Shown here: positions 26,732 through 32,000 of the stretch, piece by piece
Layout: every line of letters begins with the position of its first letter
How positions within the stretch are numbered: the stretch's first letter is position 1
IMG/VR virus record: IMGVR_UViG_3300045988_166581
Coordinates: 178,976-210,975 of that record
Strand: one strand, 5' to 3'
DNA from: a virus
DNA: 32,000 nucleotides
The notes under the pieces: model-generated
Told to the model about the DNA's origin: nothing
The model's database searches: none
The model's input: the letters and a program-made list of their open reading frames with translations, nothing else
Made by a program: the position numbers and the translations under genes

Positions 26732-28930
26732 ATGAGAACTTTATTATTATTTCGTGGCGCTCCTGGAGTTGGAAAGAGCACCTATATTGAAAAGAATGGT
26801 TTAAAACCATATACGTTATGTGCAGATGATATTAGGTTACTTTGCCAGAGTCCGGTATTATCTGTAAATGGTAATACAGAAATTACACAGAGCAATGATG
26901 GTACTGTTTGGAAAACATTATTTACTCTACTAGTGGTTAGAATGCAGCGTGGAGAATTCACAGTTATAGATGCAACTAATTCCAAGACTTCTGAAATGAA
27001 TAAATATAAGAAATTATGTCAGGAATATAGATACAGAATTTTTCTTGTTGATTTTACAGATGTTCCAATTGAAGAATGCAAGAAAAGAAATAGTCTTCGT
27101 GCTGCAATGAAACAGGTACCTGAAGCTATTATTGATAAGATGTATAGTAAGTTTAAGACACAGAGAATTCCGTCCGGTATTACAGTAATTAAACCGGAAG
27201 AACTTGATAAAGTGTTTATGAAAAAGATTGATTTGTCCGAATATAAAGTGATTCATCACGTAGGAGATATACATGGTTGTAATACAGCTTTACAGAAATA
27301 TTTGAACGCAATTAGCGGAATCAAGGACGATCACTTCTTTATATTTTGCGGAGACTATATTGATAGAGGAATTGAAAATGCGGAAGTGGTTCAGTTTCTC
27401 TTAAGCATTAAGGACAAACCAAACGTACTTTTGCTTGAGGGCAATCACGAAATTCATCTAAGGAAATATAGTGAAGATAAGAAGTCATTCTCAAAAGAAT
27501 TTGAATTATTTACAAAACCTGCATTAGATAAAGCCGGTTTCAGTAAGAAAGATCTGCGGCAGCTGTGTAGAAAATTTGCTCAGTGTGCCTATTATACATA
27601 TCATGGAAATACATATCTTGTTACTCACGGTGGTCTGAGTACAATCCCACAAAATCTTACTTTTGTAGCAACTGATCAGATGATTCATGGAGTCGGTAGA
27701 TATAACGATGTAGAGCAAGTTGCTGATACATTTTTCACCACTACCGATGATCATACTTATCAGATTTTTGGTCATAGAAATACTAAAGGATTTGATATTA
27801 ATGTTAATCCAAGAGTATACGATCTTGAAGGGCAGGTTGAATTTGGCGGATATCTAAGATGTGTTGATATTGTTCCTGGTGGAAATACAACCTATAAGAT
27901 CAAAAATGATGTATTCAGAGAGCCGGTAAGAGCAGCGAAAAAATTGAGTAGTAGTGTAGCTGATGTTCTTGTTGATTTACGTCATAACTCATACATTTCT
28001 GAAAAACAGTTTGGAAATATTTCTTCATTTAATTTCACACCTGCAGCTTTCTATGAAAAGAAATGGAATGAGCAGACTACAAAAGCAAGAGGATTATATA
28101 TTGATACAGAAGAATGTAAAGTATTCTGTCGTGGATATGAGAAGTTTTTCAATGTCAATGAACGAGAAGAAACACAGATGGATGTATTGCAGCATACTTT
28201 GAAATTCCCAGTAGCTTGTTATGTAAAAGAAAATGGATTTCTTGGACTTGTTTCTTGGAATAAATATACGGACGATTTATTTATCACAAGTAAGTCTGAT
28301 CCTGAAGGACCATTTGCAGAATATTTGAGAAGTATGATTTATGAGAAAATTCCAAAAGACAAGCTTGATGATATGAAAATTTATCTTAAAGAGCATGATG
28401 TGACTTTTGTGTTTGAATGCTGCGATATGAAAAACGATCCTCATATTATTGAATATCCAGAAAGTAAATTAGTGCTACTTGACATTATTTATAATACTTT
28501 GGATTTTGAGAAATATGATTATGAAGACATGGCTCATGTAGGTCGTGAGCTTGGATTAACTATTAAGAAACAAGCTTATGAGTTATCTACATGGCAGGAA
28601 TTTTATGATTGGTATTTTGAAGTTTTAGAAGAAGATTATGAATACAGAGGTGATAAGATCGAAGGATTTGTAATCGAAGATGCTAATGGATATATGGTTA
28701 AGCTTAAACTTACATATTATAACTTCTGGAAATTTATGCGTGGTATTGCTCATGAGACTTTGAAGAAAGGTCATACAAGCAGGACATCATTGTTGACTAC
28801 ACCTGTAGCGAATGAGTTTTATGCATGGTGTAAAAAACAGTTCGAAAATGGCAAAGCTGATGAGTTACCAAGAGATATTGTTACTTTGAGAAAAATGTTT
28901 TATAAGGAGAAAGAGAATAATGTGGATTAG
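26732..28930 (+). CDS. Kinase-phosphatase-RNA ligase fusion (Pnkp/Rnl-type RNA repair enzyme)
   Basis: P-loop LLLFRGAPGVGKST; metallophosphatase HHVGDIHGC, FCGDYIDRG, LLEGNHE, THGG, FGHR; ligase signatures ARGLYIDTEE, YEKFFNVNE, nucleotidyl-Lys YVKENGFLG, KIEGFVIEDANGYMVKLKL. Confidence 0.88.
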   Translation: MRTLLLFRGAPGVGKSTYIEKNGLKPYTLCADDIRLLCQSPVLSVNGNTEITQSNDGTVWKTLFTLLVVRMQRGEFTVIDATNSKTSEMNKYKKLCQEYRYRIFLVDFTDVPIEECKKRNSLRAAMKQVPEAIIDKMYSKFKTQRIPSGITVIKPEELDKVFMKKIDLSEYKVIHHVGDIHGCNTALQKYLNAISGIKDDHFFIFCGDYIDRGIENAEVVQFLLSIKDKPNVLLLEGNHEIHLRKYSEDKKSFSKEFELFTKPALDKAGFSKKDLRQLCRKFAQCAYYTYHGNTYLVTHGGLSTIPQNLTFVATDQMIHGVGRYNDVEQVADTFFTTTDDHTYQIFGHRNTKGFDINVNPRVYDLEGQVEFGGYLRCVDIVPGGNTTYKIKNDVFREPVRAAKKLSSSVADVLVDLRHNSYISEKQFGNISSFNFTPAAFYEKKWNEQTTKARGLYIDTEECKVFCRGYEKFFNVNEREETQMDVLQHTLKFPVACYVKENGFLGLVSWNKYTDDLFITSKSDPEGPFAEYLRSMIYEKIPKDKLDDMKIYLKEHDVTFVFECCDMKNDPHIIEYPESKLVLLDIIYNTLDFEKYDYEDMAHVGRELGLTIKKQAYELSTWQEFYDWYFEVLEEDYEYRGDKIEGFVIEDANGYMVKLKLTYYNFWKFMRGIAHETLKKGHTSRTSLLTTPVANEFYAWCKKQFENGKADELPRDIVTLRKMFYKEKENNVD

Positions 28931-29345
28931 TAAGAAGAAATATGAAGAATTAATAAAAAGAATTAATACTATTGAGGAAAAAACTTCTAAGTTTACTCCT
29001 TATGGTCCAAAATGGTTCGACCACTGTCGTGATGATATAAATGATATTCAACGAGTTATGAAAAATAGTAAACTTGGAGAAATCACATTCAAATCAATCT
29101 TCGATAAAACATTGTTTATACCGTATGAAGAACACGATAAATCTAAAAGCTATACACTAATTTATAAAGATTTTAAGGAATATAAAATTACTGGGTTATA
29201 TTTATTTGTACCTAAATTCGAAATTGATGAAAAAGATAATAATCTTATCCATGTAAAGGATAATATTAAGCAACTAGATGGAACAATAAAAGTAGAAGAG
29301 TATATTGTAGACCTACAAAATCAGACTTTTATCAGAACAAAATAA
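28920..29345 (+). CDS. Hypothetical protein
   Basis: 141 aa ORF overlapping the ligase gene end. Confidence 0.6.
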   Translation: MWISKKKYEELIKRINTIEEKTSKFTPYGPKWFDHCRDDINDIQRVMKNSKLGEITFKSIFDKTLFIPYEEHDKSKSYTLIYKDFKEYKITGLYLFVPKFEIDEKDNNLIHVKDNIKQLDGTIKVEEYIVDLQNQTFIRTK

Positions 29346-29366
29346 TAGATAAATGAAGAAGTAAAT

Positions 29367-29656
29367 TGTGTGGTATGATGCCGCAGCTGGCGAAATCACC
29401 TATATTATAGTAGTTTGGCGATAATACCAAATACTATACCTATAAAACTGAAGACTAAGCTCCAGCTGTTAAATAATTCCTTTAACATAGGCAACTCCTT
29501 TCAAACATAGCAAATTGACAAGTTACTAGCTAATATTTTACGCAGGAGCTGATCCGCCCTTAACACCTGGCGGTTTCAATAGGTGATTTTAGATTCTGCC
29601 AGTCCCTTGGGTATGTATTAGATGCCCAAACACCTTAACAGGTATTGCACCACACA
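29367..29656 (+). ncRNA. Candidate structured noncoding RNA of unknown class
   Basis: No + strand ORF; terminal pairing TGTGTGGT (29367-29374)/ACCACACA (29649-29656); 12-bp bulged hairpin 29406-29418/29427-29438; TTGGGTAT/ATGCCCAA 29607-29614/29622-29629; CCGCC/GGCGG 29554-29558/29569-29573 with loop CACCT able to pair to AGGTG 29581-29585 (pseudoknot). Confidence 0.55.
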
Positions 29657-29683
29657 TTTACCATATATTTCAAGGAGAAACTA

Positions 29684-30241
29684 ATGTCAAAGGATAGTAC
29701 GTTTTCAAATACTAATAAAAAAATTTTCTTTTTAGGAGATGATATAGACAACGATTCTATAGGAAAACTAACTTGGAATCTTTTACATCAGATACTAGAT
29801 GATGATGAGAAAGATAAAAAGGAAAAGGATTATAAAAGAGACCCTATTAAACTTTATATAAATTCTTATGGCGGAAGTGTATATGATATGTGGGGCTTAA
29901 TTGATGTTATCCAAAATAGTAAAACACCAATTTATACATATTGTACCGGTTATGCTATGAGTGCGGCGTTTCAAATATTTCTTACTGGACATAAAAGATA
30001 TTGTTATAAACATTCCACATTTATGTACCATCAGCTAAGTCATGCTTTTGGAGGAAAATTTCAGGACCTTGTTGAAGATATGGAAGAGGTTAGTAGACAA
30101 AATAAGATGATTGAAGATTATGTTTTAAGCAAAACAAAATTAACAAAAGATGATCTTAGGAACATTAAAGAAAAGAAAATTGATTTCTTTATTTCGTCAG
30201 ATAAGGCAATTGAATATGAAATTGTAGACGAAATTTTATAA
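29684..30241 (+). CDS. clpP: ClpP-family (SDH-type) serine protease
   Basis: IFFLGDDIDNDSIGKL, INSYGGSVYDMWGLIDVI, YCTGYAMSAAFQIFLTGHKRYCYKHSTFMYHQLS; RBS AAGGAG before ATG 29684. Confidence 0.85.
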   Translation: MSKDSTFSNTNKKIFFLGDDIDNDSIGKLTWNLLHQILDDDEKDKKEKDYKRDPIKLYINSYGGSVYDMWGLIDVIQNSKTPIYTYCTGYAMSAAFQIFLTGHKRYCYKHSTFMYHQLSHAFGGKFQDLVEDMEEVSRQNKMIEDYVLSKTKLTKDDLRNIKEKKIDFFISSDKAIEYEIVDEIL

Positions 30242-30272
30242 CTGTAAAAACACTGTTTTATGGAGGAATATT

Positions 30273-30476
30273 ATGACTGAACTAGAAAAACTGAAAAAAG
30301 AATTAAATTGGTATAAAGAAAATTATAATACAGTGTGCAATATAGTATATAGAATTTCAGATAGTTTTATACCAGGATATTATACTGTTTCATCTTGTAA
30401 TGGAACTCAATGTTGCCAAATTTTAGCAGACGAAATTATTAAGTTTGCACCAAAAAGAACTTTGCTAAAAAAATAA
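30273..30476 (+). CDS. Hypothetical protein
   Basis: 67 aa ORF after GGAGG. Confidence 0.6.
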   Translation: MTELEKLKKELNWYKENYNTVCNIVYRISDSFIPGYYTVSSCNGTQCCQILADEIIKFAPKRTLLKK

Positions 30477-30492
30477 AAGGACTAAAGAATTT

Positions 30493-30714
30493 ATGAGTGA
30501 ATTAGAAGAAAATAATACTGAAGAATACGATATAGATGAAGACTACGATTATGATTTTGAAGAATATGATGAATATCAAGACGCTTTAGATTATTGCGAA
30601 GAGTGTCGCATTTATGGAGATGATTATTATATTGACGATGATGGCGAACATGTTTGCCGATGTCCTAAATGTAATATGAATCCTAATAGATTGGATGATG
30701 ATTATATTGACTAA
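30493..30714 (+). CDS. Highly acidic Cys-containing hypothetical protein
   Basis: 73 aa; CEECRIYGDDYYIDDDGEHVCRCPKC. Confidence 0.6.
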   Translation: MSELEENNTEEYDIDEDYDYDFEEYDEYQDALDYCEECRIYGDDYYIDDDGEHVCRCPKCNMNPNRLDDDYID

Positions 30715-30788
30715 TAAGTATTTTCAATATCTTCGTCCAGGAGATAATTTATTGTATTGTCCTATTAAAAGTGAAGAGGTGGAAAATA

Positions 30789-31300
30789 TGATTGATTTAA
30801 AAGAGAAGAATGTATTGTGTACAACAAAAGATGAGGCTGCTGCTATTTTAAAAGAGGCAGAAAAACAAGGAATTAGATGGTACGATGGGGATTTAGCGAC
30901 TGCATATAATCCATTAATTGAACATGATGGACCTATTGTATTAACTTTTAAATATAATGGCATTAATTGGATTGGCGCAAATGCTACAGATACTGCTAGA
31001 GATTTATTGAATCCAGATAGAGAAATGACAGCTCATGAATTTTTAAATAAATTTTTAGATATGGCATATCATTGTTCTAACTGTGAAGAATGTAAAACTA
31101 TTAAAGTGGATGGATGTGATTACAGATGGTGTGATAGTGATTTATGGACCAAAGATAATATTGATCAGGTTTATGAAATTGTAAAAACAGGGAATAAATT
31201 AAAAGAAAAACCTGAGTACTTAGATGGTAAAGAGCAATTGAATATTAATGCACTGAAATTGGCAATTAAAGTATTGGAGGAAAAAATAAATGAAAAATAG
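30789..31300 (+). CDS. Hypothetical protein
   Basis: Preferred ATG 30789 (MIDLKEKNVLCTTKDEAAAIL...), track start 30695. Confidence 0.6.
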
Positions 31301-31418
31301 AACTAAATTAAATATTATACTTACAACTATTACTTATGTATGTACAGTGTTAGCTTATGTAATTGAAAAAAGAAGAACTCGTGAGTTCGAAGAGTGGGAT
31401 TACGAAGATGAAGAATAA
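31290..31418 (+). CDS. Single-pass membrane peptide (42 aa)
   Basis: MKNRTKLNIILTTITYVCTVLAYVIEKRRTREFEEWDYEDEE. Confidence 0.5.
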   Translation: MKNRTKLNIILTTITYVCTVLAYVIEKRRTREFEEWDYEDEE

Positions 31419-31575
31419 AGAGGCTGCAGTTATATTGTTATCATTTTTATTTATGATATTATTTACATTCCTACCTATATTTGTAAAAGACCCTGGGCTT
31501 CAATGGGATTTTGGACTTCTGACAGGTCTGAGTTTTGGTATATTTGTTAAATACGGAGACAAAGTAGATGAATAA
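31408..31575 (+). CDS. Small membrane protein
   Basis: MKNKEAAVILLSFLFMILFTFLPIFV...GLLTGLSFGIFVKYG; track start 31363. Confidence 0.6.
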   Translation: MKNKEAAVILLSFLFMILFTFLPIFVKDPGLQWDFGLLTGLSFGIFVKYGDKVDE

Positions 31576-31843
31576 ACGACAGAAGAAAAAAGTTGAGGAC
31601 AAATTATTAATTAGGCTTAGAAAATTACATCCTGGTAAAGGTGATTTTATTTTTGTTGAGTTTGATCCTGATAAAATCGATATCGATATAGTATTAAAAT
31701 ATTTTGATGCAATATCGAACGCATTTAATAATATTGCAAACTTTGCTATGGTACCTGATGGAATTACTATAAAGAACATGAACAGAGATCGTATATTAAA
31801 ATATATTGAAAAATTAAAGGAGTTAATTGAGAATGAGCGATAA
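31568..31843 (+). CDS. Hypothetical protein
   Basis: 91 aa ORF overlapping previous stop. Confidence 0.6.
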   Translation: MNKRQKKKVEDKLLIRLRKLHPGKGDFIFVEFDPDKIDIDIVLKYFDAISNAFNNIANFAMVPDGITIKNMNRDRILKYIEKLKELIENER

Positions 31844-32000
31844 AACGGTAGTAAAAGAAAAAAGTTGGAAAGAGTTCCAGGAAAGTGGAATGTTATGGAT
31901 GACAAATACAATTTTACAGGTGTTTGGATGGTCTATTGTTATTGATCAGGATAAAGATGGAAATATTATTAGCGTATGTCCGGCTAGAGTTAAATATAGA
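31833..32000 (+). CDS. Hypothetical protein, truncated by window end
   Basis: MSDKTVVKEKSWKEFQESGMLWMTNTILQVFGWSIVIDQDKDGNIISVCPARVKYR... Confidence 0.55.
   Translation, partial: MSDKTVVKEKSWKEFQESGMLWMTNTILQVFGWSIVIDQDKDGNIISVCPARVKYR

Noticed and set aside
29367-29656. tmRNA, group I intron or tRNA cluster call for the noncoding region
   Set aside because: No convincing T-arm/acceptor pair, no clear group I core elements, and the flanking ORFs are not halves of one protein. Left as unassigned RNA.
2149-31911. Minus-strand ORFs in the track (e.g. 4143-4658, 8181-8537, 31471-31911)
   Set aside because: All lie antisense to better + strand ORFs, lack RBS and domain motifs, and appear to be mirror ORFs of AT-rich coding sequence.

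Overview
This window looks like part of a large phage or phage-like mobile element from an AT-rich Firmicutes host. It is almost entirely + strand, with tightly packed small genes, AGGAG-type ribosome binding sites and many unrecognisable ORFs. The standout locus is 13420-15637. It holds an IscB-like (RuvC/HNH, bridge-helix, no REC lobe) nuclease of about 579 aa. Immediately upstream is a mini CRISPR array: 36-bp repeats (three identical, one degenerate) separated by three spacers of exactly 30 bp. Between array and gene is an ~190-nt noncoding region containing an anti-repeat and nested stems, as expected for an omegaRNA/tracrRNA-like scaffold. No cas1/cas2 is visible. Each repeat also embeds a -35/-10-like pair with a 17-nt spacing. 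Other recognisable content: short tyrosine recombinase, HicA-like and MazF-like toxins, two LexA/DinR-type boxes flanking an extended -10 promoter, a sigma-factor-like protein, a DUF262-like protein, a GIY-YIG nuclease, a vWA-like protein, a PurA/PurZ-family enzyme, a Thg1-like 3'-5' RNA polymerase interrupted by an in-frame TAG, a kinase-phosphatase-RNA ligase fusion, a ClpP-like protease, and an unassigned, potentially structured ~290-nt noncoding region upstream of clpP. Product calls come from motif reading only; no database search was run.
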